Of a stretch of DNA of 64,000 nucleotides, positions 1 to 10,270 are shown one piece after another. Below the pieces are notes generated by a model. The model did no database searches and had not been told where the DNA came from. It worked only from the letters and a program-made list of their open reading frames with translations. Within the stretch, counting starts at the first letter, position 1, and each line of letters begins with the position of its first letter. The position numbers and the translations under genes were made by a program. Source of the stretch: an uncultured Chloroflexia bacterium (GTDB taxonomy: Bacteria > Chloroflexota > Anaerolineae > CG2-30-64-16); the NCBI GenBank assembly GCA_963774265.1, contig CAVZDU010000001.1:224001-288000 (forward strand), written 5' to 3'.

Positions 1-54
1 TCCTCTCGTAGCGAGTACATGCCTCGCTCCTTTCCCGTTGCGGCCAGAACGCCG

Positions 55-216
55 TCAATGGAAGTCGCCGCCCACCGCATAGGTGAGCTGCCGCCACTTG
101 ACGGCGGACTCCAGGGGGGCCGCGGCGCGGATGGCCGCGTCGATTGCGGCCACGACGGGTGCGGCGTCGGGCCGCGTCCCAGCCAGAAACTCCGAAAGTG
201 CAGACTCGCCCATGTG
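55..216 (-). pseudogene. Truncated DUF1801/YdhG-like protein
   Basis: AIDAAIRAAAPLESAVKWRQLTY resembles the DUF1801 N-terminus; ORF stops after ~53 aa; RBS-like GGGGGAAG upstream. Confidence 0.5.
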
Positions 217-375
217 TCTTCCCCCTGTCAATCGGCGAAGGCCCAATGCCCTCGCGCCGCCACTTGTTGGGCAGGGTGAGCGCCCGCAAATCCCAGAACG
301 CCAGAGGCGCCAGGACGCCGGCCGCTGTCCAAACGGTGGGCAGGGGCGCAGGCTGCGAGCGTGTACCAGACCGTC

Positions 376-1326
376 TCATTCAAACCGCTCAAGACGCGGG
401 AGCCCGAGTTCCTTGCATAGGCGTTGCGTATCGGCGAGATGCTCTGCGGTGGATCGGGCATACTCCAGACACCAGAGCAGCTGGTAGATGGCACGCCGTT
501 CTTGATACAACGGCGCTATAGGACAGATTGCCTCATACGGCCCCCAGAACTCAGCGCTCGTCATGCCTTTCCACAACTCAAGCCGCGCCAGGTCTGTCTC
601 GTGATGGCCGGCCCAGGCCTTGTCGAAGTCCAGAATCGTTGCCAGGCGCCACTGCCCCCGGTCGCGCCGGAAAAGGATATTGTGCATGTGAAGATCTTCA
701 TGACAGAGGCTTGCCTTACGAACATCCAGGAAGAGAGGCCTCTGTCTCTCCAACGCCGAGAAGAAAAGATCACGCAGGCGGGCGCTTCTGATAATGGACC
801 GAGCGTGTTTCTGCAACGCTGCCGGGTAGGGTTCATCTCCCTGAACACAGCCATCAGGGGCAAGTTCACCAAATGCGGGGAAATGAATCGTGTGCAGTTG
901 AGCAACCGCGCTGCCGATCTGCCGGTAGGCGTCGGACAACTGCTCCCTGGTCATCTGTCGCCGCGCGGCTGCCCACTCCTGTCCCGGAATGTACGTCTTG
1001 ATGAAGTATCGCCAGGGCCAGGCCTGGCAGGACGTGTCGACGGCCAGCACTTCGGGCATAGGGATGGTCGTATGCGTCGCCACCAGGCGCTGGAACATGG
1101 CGGTGCGTTCAAATGCAGAAGCCAGTGGCGCGTCGGGCCCGGCCAGTTTTGCCACCACCTTCATGGAAGGGCGGCGGAGTTGGAGGAGCAGAACAAGGTA
1201 ATCGTGCTGCTGGTTGCCGATCTTGCAGCCGGCCAATTCAACCCCGGCGCCGAGTATCTGCTTCAGCAATTGCAGTAACAGGTCATGCGGGATAGCTGTT
1301 CCGGTTTGCGCTGGTCCGATACTCAT
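376..1326 (-). CDS. Aminoglycoside phosphotransferase/choline kinase family protein
   Basis: Brenner motif LCHEDLHMHNIL and ILDFDKA; start placed at MSIGP after GGAGAG. Confidence 0.85.
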   Translation of the reverse strand: MSIGPAQTGTAIPHDLLLQLLKQILGAGVELAGCKIGNQQHDYLVLLLQLRRPSMKVVAKLAGPDAPLASAFERTAMFQRLVATHTTIPMPEVLAVDTSCQAWPWRYFIKTYIPGQEWAAARRQMTREQLSDAYRQIGSAVAQLHTIHFPAFGELAPDGCVQGDEPYPAALQKHARSIIRSARLRDLFFSALERQRPLFLDVRKASLCHEDLHMHNILFRRDRGQWRLATILDFDKAWAGHHETDLARLELWKGMTSAEFWGPYEAICPIAPLYQERRAIYQLLWCLEYARSTAEHLADTQRLCKELGLPRLERFE

Positions 1327-1488
1327 GATGGTAGTTGCTCTCCAAGACCCAGACTGCCCGCAAGAGGACGCAGGCTGGCGAAATGGCCTTCGCCGGTCTA
1401 TCGCACGCGGCAAGGCCAGGAGCAGCGGGTTACGTTCACGGTCAATACTGATTCTACGCCGGCGACCTCACTGCCGCCATGACTCCTG

Positions 1489-1821
1489 TCATGTGGGCTC
1501 GCCGAACAGCTCGACCAGCAGCCCGTACAGATCGTTGGCGTCATCGGCCCCGAAGCCGAGGAAGCGCTCGTCCTCGAAGTTGACGTAGTAGAACTTGTCT
1601 TCGCGCAGACGGTGGGCCAACTGCGCCAGCAGGGTTGACTTGCCGGCCCGGCGCAGGCCGGAGATGATGACGGCGTGGAGCAGCGGCGCCGCGCGCTCGA
1701 GGTCGCCCAACTGGGTCCGCTCGATGCCGGTGTCGCGGCGCCAGAAGGCCTCGAACTGCTCCAACAGCATGGCGCGGATCTGGTCCCTGGACCATCTGGT
1801 TATCCAATGATCGTCAGTCAT
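1489..1821 (-). pseudogene. Truncated AAA_14 ATP-binding protein (N-terminal part only)
   Basis: Walker A variant IISGLRRAGKST and YYVNFEDERF; ends at ~110 aa before Walker B. Confidence 0.75.
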
Positions 1822-1856
1822 ACTGAAATCATTCTGATGTATGATTTCAGTGTCAA
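1822..1856 (-). promoter_or_regulatory. Palindromic operator ACTGAAATCAT-N8-ATGATTTCAGT abutting a -35 TTGACA
   Basis: Perfect 11-bp inverted repeat at 1822-1851; TGTCAA at 1851-1856. Confidence 0.6.
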
Positions 1857-1919
1857 TGAAATCATTACCAGGGAGAAGCGGTTTCATGAGCACGCTGCGT
1901 TTCGACCGTGGGATGTGCC

Positions 1920-3047
1920 TTAGGAGGCGAGGAAGTCCAGGTAGTTGGTCCGGTTGACCAGGTGTGTCTCGCTGCCCGGATACGCGGCGGTGAAGGCCGC
2001 GGGTGGGCGCCACCGCGCGGCCGTCCACTTGCACTCGAACCCGGCCAGGCGGCCCCCCTCCTCCTCCAGGTAGTCCAGCTCGGCACGGTCATAGGTGCGC
2101 CAGAAGTAGGTGTTGACGTGCCTGCGTCCGTTGTGGTTGAACTTCAGGCGTTCGCTGACGAAGAAGTTCTCCCACAGCGCGCCGCTGTCGCTGCGCAGGT
2201 CCAGTGGATTGAGGTTGTTGATCAGCGCGTTGCGGATGCCCAGGTCGTAGAAATACACCTTACGCAGCCTCGCCAGCTCCTTGCGCAGGTTGCGGCTGAA
2301 CGGCGGCAGGTGGAAGACGATGAACGCCTTCTCCAGTAAGGAGACGTAGCGCTCTACCGTCACCCTGTCTATGCCCAGCAGGGTCGCCAGCTCGTTGTAC
2401 GAGACCTCGCTCCCCACCTGGAGTGCTAACGCCTGCAGCAGCCGGCGCAACACGTCCGGGTTTCTCACCGACTGATACTCCAGCACATCGCGATACAGGT
2501 AGCTGGTCGCGATCTCCAGCACGGGCTCGGCCGGGTCATCGGCCAGGACCACGCCGGGATACATCCCGTAGCGCAGCCGGCGCTCCAGCAGGCGGCCTGC
2601 CTCCAGCGGCGTCTCCTGCGTCAGCAGCTCGGCGACCGACAAGGGATAGAGGCGGAACTCGGTCTTGCGACCCGTGAGCGGCTCAGAAATCGTGGTGGAG
2701 AGCTCGAAAGATGACGACCCGGTGGCAATCACCTGCAGTTCGGGATAGGTGTCGACCAACAGCTTGAGCGCCAGGCCAATGTCGCGCACGCGCTGGGCCT
2801 CGTCGATGACAACCAGGGACCGTCGTCCCACCAGCGCCCGCAGCTCCGTGGAGGTGCGCTTGGTCAGGGCATCCCGGATGTCCGGCTCGTCGCAGTTGAG
2901 GTAGAGGCCGCGGTCGGGGTAGTGGCTCAGAATCTCCCGCACCAGCGTGGTCTTGCCCACCTGGCGAGCGCCGTAGATCACCACGACCTTTCCCTTGAAC
3001 AACGCGGCTTCAACAGCTGGCTGGATGGCACGCGGGTATTGGATCAC
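1920..3047 (-). CDS. AAA+ ATPase (AAA_14 + DUF4143)
   Basis: GARQVGKT, IDEAQ, ATGSSS, KVYFYDLG, YFWRT-x3-AELD and FECK motifs. Confidence 0.92.
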   Translation of the reverse strand: MIQYPRAIQPAVEAALFKGKVVVIYGARQVGKTTLVREILSHYPDRGLYLNCDEPDIRDALTKRTSTELRALVGRRSLVVIDEAQRVRDIGLALKLLVDTYPELQVIATGSSSFELSTTISEPLTGRKTEFRLYPLSVAELLTQETPLEAGRLLERRLRYGMYPGVVLADDPAEPVLEIATSYLYRDVLEYQSVRNPDVLRRLLQALALQVGSEVSYNELATLLGIDRVTVERYVSLLEKAFIVFHLPPFSRNLRKELARLRKVYFYDLGIRNALINNLNPLDLRSDSGALWENFFVSERLKFNHNGRRHVNTYFWRTYDRAELDYLEEEGGRLAGFECKWTAARWRPPAAFTAAYPGSETHLVNRTNYLDFLAS

Positions 3048-3072
3048 AGAACTATCCTAAATCAAGAGACTA

Positions 3073-3110
3073 GACTCTCCTAATTTATACCTAATTAGGA
3101 GAGTCGTCAA
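3073..3110 (-). promoter_or_regulatory. Palindromic operator GACTCTCCTAATT-N7-AATTAGGAGAGTC overlapping the promoter
   Basis: Perfect 13-bp inverted repeat at 3073-3105; on the minus strand TTGACG then TATAAA/TAAATT inside the palindrome. Confidence 0.65.
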
Positions 3111-3144
3111 GTCATGCCCCACCAGTGCACCTCCCAACACCTGC

Positions 3145-4416
3145 TCACCTCTCCCACAGCGCGACCGTCTCCACACGACAGGTCTGCGGGAAGAGGTCGA
3201 TCGGCTGGGCCTCAACCAGGCGATACCCGGCGGCCGTCAGGTGCACCCCATCGCGCGCCAGGGCTGCCGGGTCGCTGGCCGCGTACACGATGCGCCGGGG
3301 GCCCAGAGCAACCAGGTCACGCAGCACATCCGGCCCCGCGCCCGCGCGCGGCGGATCGAGGATGACCGCATCGACGCGCTGCTCTGCCCCAACCAGGACG
3401 GGAAGGATCTCTTCGACCGCGCCCTCGTGCAGCTCCACGTTCTCGCGCTCCCCCACGTTGGCCGCGAAGTCTTCGCACGCGCCCGGCGAAGACTCCAGAC
3501 CGATCACATGGCTGCCCGCATCGGCCAGGGGAATCGAGAACAGGCCCACCCCGCAATAGGCATCGAGGACGGCATCACCGGGCTTGACGCCCGCGTACGC
3601 GAGCACCGTGTCGACCAGGGCGGCCGCGCCGGCCGTGTTGGCCGGAAAATAGCTTGTGGCGGACACCCGATACCGGCGCCCATCCACCTCTTCGAAAAGG
3701 AAGGGCTCGCCGATCAGCGGCTGCACCCCCTTCACCGTTCGCACGGCCACGGCAGCGGGCAGATCGATCTCCAGTTCGGGCTGATCCTCTGCGGAAGACT
3801 GGAACAACACTAGGGCGTCGTCAGTGTTGTCGCTCGCGCGCACCTTGATGCCCTCCAGCTCGGACCAGGCCACATCCAGGGCCGCCTGGATCTGATCTAT
3901 CCGTTCGTTGGCCAGGAGGCAATAATCCACCGCGATCAGATCGCGGCCGTTCGCGCGGCGCAGCGAGATGCGCCCTTCACGATCGACCACGAGGTCGATC
4001 TGGTTCAGATATCCATAAGTCAGAAATGCCGGCCTGTCTTGGGGTGCGTCGGGGTCAGCCAGCGCCAGGATGTCGGCCACCGGCGGCTGCGCCAAACGCC
4101 CCAACCTGCGCAGTTGATCCGCGACGATCTCCTGCTTGAGCTCCGCCTGCCGTTCGTAGGCGATGTGCTGCCACTGGCAGCCGCCGCACTTGTCCTGCCC
4201 GAAATAGGGGCAGGGCGGCTCGATCCGATCGGGGCTGGGATCCAGCACCCGGACCAGCCTGGCGCACGCCCAACGCTCTTTCTCTTCGAGAATCTCTGCA
4301 GTCACACGTTCCCCAGGTATGGCGTAGGGCACGAATACCGCCTTGCCTGCGTGCCGGCCGATCGCCTCGCCGCCATGTGCGATGGCATCCAGTGTGAGTT
4401 CGATGATTTGTCCCAT
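3145..4416 (-). CDS. rlmD: 23S rRNA (uracil-C5)-methyltransferase RlmD/TrmA family
   Basis: TRAM domain, CPYF-x4-CGGC Fe-S motif, DAYCGVG, DPPRAG, DLFPQT-x2-VE. Confidence 0.88.
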   Translation of the reverse strand: MGQIIELTLDAIAHGGEAIGRHAGKAVFVPYAIPGERVTAEILEEKERWACARLVRVLDPSPDRIEPPCPYFGQDKCGGCQWQHIAYERQAELKQEIVADQLRRLGRLAQPPVADILALADPDAPQDRPAFLTYGYLNQIDLVVDREGRISLRRANGRDLIAVDYCLLANERIDQIQAALDVAWSELEGIKVRASDNTDDALVLFQSSAEDQPELEIDLPAAVAVRTVKGVQPLIGEPFLFEEVDGRRYRVSATSYFPANTAGAAALVDTVLAYAGVKPGDAVLDAYCGVGLFSIPLADAGSHVIGLESSPGACEDFAANVGERENVELHEGAVEEILPVLVGAEQRVDAVILDPPRAGAGPDVLRDLVALGPRRIVYAASDPAALARDGVHLTAAGYRLVEAQPIDLFPQTCRVETVALWER

Positions 4417-4440
4417 CTGACCTCTCAACGATTGCGGTGA

Positions 4441-6764
4441 CTACGCCAGAGAACGCGACCGCGCGCGCTTCATCTCCGCTCATCACCAGGTCCAAGCGCC
4501 GCCCACCCGTGGTGGCCGGCACATCGATTATCCTTACATAATCCGACCACTGCGCATCGACGGGCAACAGCACGGGCAGCGCGTTCATGGCGTCTTCAAA
4601 GAAACTCCGCTTGAACGGATTGCCCGGTTCGCCCGGGAAGATCGCGAGCGGATAGATGCGTGATTCGACCAGGTCCTGGAAGAAGTGCGTGCCGTAGGAC
4701 AGGGTGGGACGGTTCCTGCCCTGGCCCCAGCCGATCTCGACCAGCGCGCGCGTGTTGTAGAAATCCGCGTATCCCACCTTGAGCCCCAGGTCCGGGTTCG
4801 AGCTGCCCCATCGGCCCGGACCCATCAGGATGAACACCTTCCCTTCCAGTCGTTGGTTGATGCCGCGCGATCAAGCGCGCCAACTCGAGTTTCTGGCTAG
4901 GATTGACCAGGGCATACTTCTCAGGGTCCACGTAGACGACGTAAGCGATCTGCTTGACGATCCCCGTCGGCACCAGCTTGGCGGTGCCGAAGATGATATC
5001 GCTGTCCGCGATCTTATCCGGAATGCGCACGTGTTCGGACTCACTCGGGTTGCTGTGAGGCCGGCATTGCAGGAGATGCAGGTTGACGGTGGGCTTAGGA
5101 TATGCGCTGCCGATGCTGAGGGTGAATTCGATATCCACCGGGTGGCTATAGCTGAATTCCAGCGCCTTGAGCACTGTCTTCAGATCCGCCGCAAAGGAGG
5201 TCTGGGCGAGCATGCCATCCATGGTAATCACCAGCGAACGCGGATCGAGGCTGCGATCCATGAGCAGCATGGGGCTGATGTAGTCGCCGTTGTCCACCGA
5301 GGCCAGCAGCCGCAGGCCCGGGTAATCGCTGCGCAACACCTCACTCACCGGCAGCGTCTCGAGCTGGTTCGTCTTGAGATTGATGACATCCATGAAATAC
5401 TGGGAGTAATACTTGATTTCCTTGGGTCCGTTCTCCGGGCGCAGGTTGGGATGGCTCAGCGCCACCATGCGCGGATAATCCTCGCCCACACGCTCCACCG
5501 CGCGCGTCCCCAACCCCGTCACCAACCGCACGAAGCCATCTTCCCGGCGCAGCTTAGGATTCCAGACGAAGGGATTGCGGCTATAAGCCACGCCGGCGGC
5601 CGGGGGGAAATAGAAGTCCCCATAGCGCTGGCCCTGCACCACCTGCAATAGGATCGCCATGCGCTCATCGAAGTCGAGCACCTTCTGCTGCTTACGGTAG
5701 AGCAAGACGTCCGGGTTGTAGATGCTGGCGTAGACACGTGCAATCGCCTGGATCAGGAATTGCAGATTCTCAGCAAGCGTCCCCTGGTTCGGGCAGAAGA
5801 CAGCTTTCGTACATGCCCGCGAACGACAAGTCGAAATTGTCCTCCAACAGGCTGGACGAGCGCACGATCATCGGTTTGTTGCCGACTTGCTCCAGCAACT
5901 CCTCCAGCCGCCGGATCACATCCGGCGGGAAGCGGCCCTGCGCATGCCCGCCTGGATCTCGGGATAGTCGTGCTCGATCTGGTCCATGTCCTTGTACTTT
6001 TGGTTCAGATACTTGACCAGATCGTTAATCTGCAGGAATTCGTAGCTGACGTCTGCGCCGACAAAGTAGGTTTCGGGCATGATGAGGTTGATTTGCTGGC
6101 AGGTGTCACAGAAGCGGTCCAGCGTGGACTGAAGGATCTTCCACGCCAGCACCAGGCCGGCCGCCTTGCCGCCGATCTTGCCACGGCCCACCCGGTGTTG
6201 GCGTATCCATGCCAGATCCTCGTAGTCAAGATACTCCTTCGCCACCCGCACGAAGTCAAGCTCATCGCTGATGAGCGCCTTGATCAAAACCACCTTCGTC
6301 TCTTGCATGTGATGCCGCGAGCGCACCTGTTCCTCGGGCGGCAACCTCGAGAAGCTCTCGAGCTGCTGGAACAGGATCTCCATGGAAGCCATTTCCGGGT
6401 TCAAAGCCAGCACCTGCTCCACGGTCGGGCGCTGGTTCAGCACCTGGCGCGCCAACTCCTCGAAAAGCTGCGGGCTGAGGTTGTACGCCCAATAGAACTC
6501 GGTCAGGCTGTCCCGCACCTTCGCCAGGCGGCGCTCCCACACGTCAGCCGATTCATCCTGATAGGGATTGACCACGCCCTCGCGCCTCTGAGACGCCAGC
6601 GCGCGCTCGCGCACCTCTTCCTCGAAGCGTTCCTTGGTGATCACCCCGCGGCGGATCAGTTCCTGGCGCATGCGCTCGCGCATCACGTCGCCCAGGATCG
6701 GGAACGCGCCGAGCAGCATGTGGATGCGATGGACTTTAGGGATGTAGGTCGTATCGTCAGGCAT
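4441..6764 (-). CDS. PEP/pyruvate-binding domain protein (PPDK_N family), frameshifted in this assembly
   Basis: GKIGGKAAG, IVRSSSLLED, GLGTRAV, DIEF, LLQCRP and GPGRWGSS...SYGTHFFQDLVE spread over three or more frames. Confidence 0.85.
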
Positions 6765-6930
6765 ACAACGGTCTCCGCTGCTTCTCTACCAGGTATCACC
6801 TTGGTATGCAATACCCCAGTATACCGTCTCTTGTGCCCCAATCCAACCTGCGCGACAATAGATCGCAGACCGCGCGTTGTCCTGGTGGTCGCCCCATCGC
6901 ATGGCGTCGTCGACATCCTGGGGACCACGT

Positions 6931-9198
6931 ATGACCCTCGTCTATCTTGCTGTTGCCTTTGCCGGCGGCATCCTGGCGGGGCATTTCCTTCGCCTGGCGG
7001 GAGTGCTGTCGTGTGGCACGCCCTCCTGGCTGTTCCCCTTGGCGGTCGCACTCACCCTCTCGGCCCTCCTGCTGGTCCGCAAGCGCCCTTCCGCGCGCTT
7101 GGCCGCGGCGCTGGTCCTGTTCATCGTGCTCGGCGCATGGCGCTATGGCGGCAATCCGTTCGAACGCTGCCTGAGTCCGGCCGACCTTGCGACCTATCAC
7201 CGGGGCGAGGACGGCGTCTGGGCGACCGTGGAAGGGGTTGTGATCGGCTACCCGGACGTGCGGGACCGCGGGACGCGGTACCAGTTGGACGTCGAACATG
7301 TCGTGGTTGACGGGCAGGCGCATGCCGTTCACGGCCGGGCCCTGATCGAGGCCCCCCGGCAGCCGCTCTACGCTTATGGCGACCGGCTGCGCGTGGACGG
7401 CGTATTGCTCACCCCACCCGTCTCCGACGACTTCAACTACCGCCGCTACCTCGCCGCACGCGGCATCCACAGCCTCATCCGACGGCCGCAAATCGGGCGC
7501 CTGGGGTCGGGTGAGGGCCAGGTTTTCTGGCGGGTGCTGTATGAGGTGCGAAGCCGCGCATCCGAAGTGCTGAATCACATCCTGCCCGAACCGGCCGCGG
7601 CGCTGACCAACGGCATGGTGCTCGGCATCGAGGGCGGCATCTCAGATGATGTGAGCGACGCCTTCAAGGCGACGGGCACGACACATCTCATCGTCATCTC
7701 GGGCAGCAACATCGCATTTCTGTCGGGCGCTCTGATCGCGGCCCTGGGCGGACTGATGGCGCGCAGGCGCGCTGCAATGGTGGCTGCGCCGCTCGTCATC
7801 CTCTACGTGCTGTTGGTCGGCGCGGACCCACCGGCCCTGCGCGCGGGGGTGATGGGACTGCTCGGCCTGGGCGCGGTTTTCTTCGGCAGGCAGAACACGG
7901 CCTACGTCTCATTGTGCGCCGCGGGCATGGTCATGACGGCTATCAATCCCCTGGCCTTGTGGGACATCGGCTTCCAGCTCAGCTTCGCCACCAGCCTCGG
8001 GTTGATCCTGTTCAGCCGGCCGCTGGGTGAACGGCTCACCTCCCTGCTGCGGAGGCGCCTGTCGCACGATGAGGCGAGGCGGGTCGTCCGTGCGCTTAAC
8101 AGCACGCTGATCGTCACCGTGGCCGCGCAGGCGGCCGCGCTCCCGCTGATCCTCTATTACTTCGGTCGGCTTTCACCCATCTCCCTGCTGACGAACTGCC
8201 TTGTGCTGCCGGTCCAGCCCGCGATCCTGGCGAGCGGCATCGCATCCTTGCTTGCAGGTGCGGCATGGCTGCCGCTTGGACAGCTCGTTGCGGCGTTGCC
8301 CTGGGCCTTGCTGAGCTACACCGTGGGCGTGGTCCACGCGACGGCGGGCGTGCCCTACGCGTCCGTAGACGTGGGGCCGATCAGCCCGCTCTTCGTAATC
8401 GGGTGGTATGCCCTGCTTGCAGCCGTGCTGATGTCCCCCCGCCTCGTTCGCACCCTGCTTCCGCCGGTCCCCCCGGGCCCGCGGGCTGACCTGCGCCGCG
8501 CCGGCGCGTGGACCGCGCTGTTCCTCCTTCCGGCGTGCCTCTCGTGGTTCGCATGGCGATCGCTGCCCGATGGCCGGCTGCACGTGCTCTACGTTCCGGG
8601 GGATGATACCGAGGCGGTGCTGATCACCGCGCCGGGCGGCCGCTCCGCGTGGCTGTGGGATGGCCGCGGGGATGGCGAGGCGCTGATGCGAAGGACGCTC
8701 GCCGCGCACGCGATGGCTGGCAAGCCAGGCGTGGTGTTGGCCGATTGCGAGGCGAACCCCTGGCAGGAGGGGCCGTGCGTGGATCCTGCCGGTCTCCCGG
8801 CGGCCGCGTCCGTCGCGCTGGCGCCTGAGGTCCTGCTCCAGCGCATGGACACGGGCGCAGCGCCCGCGCTGCTGCTGACCTATGGCCAGTTTCGGACGCT
8901 GCTGCCCGCGACGCTGGCCCCCGGCGCCCAGGCCGCGGTACAGGACCAGGTCCACGGGCTGTCCGTGTTGAAGGCCGCGGGGCCCCGAACCGGCGCGTGG
9001 CCGCCGGTCAGCTTGCTGGCTGCCGCCGAGCCTCAATTGGTGCTGTGGCCGCAGGAGACGACCTATCCGCCCGAGGTGAGCGAGTATTTGGCGACCCAGG
9101 TCGCCGCAGCGCGGGTGGAGGCGGACGGCATTGTGGAGGTGGTGTCGGACGGCGCCCAGTTTTGGGTAGTGCGCCGCAGCGCGGTGGGGCCGCGGTGA
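6931..9198 (+). CDS. comEC: ComEC/Rec2 competence protein with degenerate C-terminal MBL domain
   Basis: DUF4131/OB region, Competence domain GTTHLIVISGSNI, RAGVMG, GFQLSF; C-terminal domain lacks HxDxDH and HHGS. Confidence 0.9.
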   Translation: MTLVYLAVAFAGGILAGHFLRLAGVLSCGTPSWLFPLAVALTLSALLLVRKRPSARLAAALVLFIVLGAWRYGGNPFERCLSPADLATYHRGEDGVWATVEGVVIGYPDVRDRGTRYQLDVEHVVVDGQAHAVHGRALIEAPRQPLYAYGDRLRVDGVLLTPPVSDDFNYRRYLAARGIHSLIRRPQIGRLGSGEGQVFWRVLYEVRSRASEVLNHILPEPAAALTNGMVLGIEGGISDDVSDAFKATGTTHLIVISGSNIAFLSGALIAALGGLMARRRAAMVAAPLVILYVLLVGADPPALRAGVMGLLGLGAVFFGRQNTAYVSLCAAGMVMTAINPLALWDIGFQLSFATSLGLILFSRPLGERLTSLLRRRLSHDEARRVVRALNSTLIVTVAAQAAALPLILYYFGRLSPISLLTNCLVLPVQPAILASGIASLLAGAAWLPLGQLVAALPWALLSYTVGVVHATAGVPYASVDVGPISPLFVIGWYALLAAVLMSPRLVRTLLPPVPPGPRADLRRAGAWTALFLLPACLSWFAWRSLPDGRLHVLYVPGDDTEAVLITAPGGRSAWLWDGRGDGEALMRRTLAAHAMAGKPGVVLADCEANPWQEGPCVDPAGLPAAASVALAPEVLLQRMDTGAAPALLLTYGQFRTLLPATLAPGAQAAVQDQVHGLSVLKAAGPRTGAWPPVSLLAAAEPQLVLWPQETTYPPEVSEYLATQVAAARVEADGIVEVVSDGAQFWVVRRSAVGPR

Positions 9199-9219
9199 CG
9201 TGCGCCGCACTTCGCGTCT

Positions 9220-9398
9220 CTACGGTCTCGAAGGCGCCGCAGCCTGAACCGCAAACGCGGACGCGCCGAGCAGGATCAACGAAAGCCACACCGCAACGAG
9301 CGCCCGACCCCGTCGCGCACGAATGCGCCCCAGAGGATCACGAGGACGTTGTAGCCGAGCACGAACCACGCGAACGCTGCAGAGCGCCTGCTCGCCAT
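9220..9398 (-). pseudogene. Internally deleted heme A synthase (COX15/CtaA-like) remnant
   Basis: FAWFVLGYNVLVILWGAFVR-TGSG-RCG N-terminus joined to a hydrophobic tail VWLSLILLGASAFA; strong RBS GAGGGAGG. Confidence 0.55.
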
Positions 9399-9436
9399 GC
9401 GATGGCCTCCCTCTGAGCGTCTGACGCTGCGACCGG

Positions 9437-10270
9437 CTAGGCCAATCCCACCAGCGAGCGAAACGCACGGTAGGCTTCGGGCATATCGCGGGCAACGAAC
9501 GTCACGCACCGGCCCTCCGCGCGGCGTGCGCCGGGCATCAGGCTGGCTGTATCGGCCATCTCCGATTTGACGAACTCGACCGTCACGGTGATCGGCGGTT
9601 CGAGGCGGAGGGGCCGCGGGGCCGGCTCCGAAAGCAAGTGCTCCACGCCCTTAGCCGCACACTGCTCGATCAGCTCAGCGGCCTCCGTTGGGTGCAGACA
9701 CTCGGCCGCGTTGCGCCCCTTGGCTTGCTTGACGACCGCGGTCACGATGCCGGGAAACAGCGCCGCAGCTTCTGCGCAGGCGGTCTGGTCGCCGGAGATC
9801 ATGACGACCGGCGCACCGAAGTGACCGCACACCGCGCCGTTGAGCCCGATTTCGCCTACGGCTTGTGCGGCGCCGCCCGCGGGCGCCAGCCATAGGCCAT
9901 TCACCCGGCTGCTCGACCAGGTGTGATCCAGGATGGCGTTCGGCGATCCGACGCGCGCGTGGTAGCCCACAAATAACACGCCGTCAATGCCGGCGTCAAT
10001 GCCCTCGACCATCGAGTAGGGCCGCGGCGTCCCCGAGTTGAGGCTGGCGCGCGGATCAAGCAGCTCGATCAGGATGTTCGTCCCGTCCCAGTGGCCGTCA
10101 CTGACGACGACTTCGTCCGCGCCCGCCGCGAACGCGCCGCGCACGGCCGCGTTCACATCTGCGGTCATCAGGCGGCGGAACCGATCGTATTCCGCGTGCG
10201 TTGGCGTCACCTGGTCGAAGTTAACCACGCCGGTGATGCCTTCCATATCGGCGGCAATCAATATCTTCAT
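9437..10270 (-). CDS. dppA: D-aminopeptidase, M55 family
   Basis: MKILIAADMEG, DGH, VGYHA, ILDHT, GEIGLN, SGD motifs. Confidence 0.93.
   Translation of the reverse strand: MKILIAADMEGITGVVNFDQVTPTHAEYDRFRRLMTADVNAAVRGAFAAGADEVVVSDGHWDGTNILIELLDPRASLNSGTPRPYSMVEGIDAGIDGVLFVGYHARVGSPNAILDHTWSSSRVNGLWLAPAGGAAQAVGEIGLNGAVCGHFGAPVVMISGDQTACAEAAALFPGIVTAVVKQAKGRNAAECLHPTEAAELIEQCAAKGVEHLLSEPAPRPLRLEPPITVTVEFVKSEMADTASLMPGARRAEGRCVTFVARDMPEAYRAFRSLVGLA

Noticed and set aside
241-345. GCCCAAC...ATTGGGC (minus strand) resembling an integron attC site downstream of the APH gene
   Set aside because: Too short, no clear L boxes, no second copy and no integrase in the window
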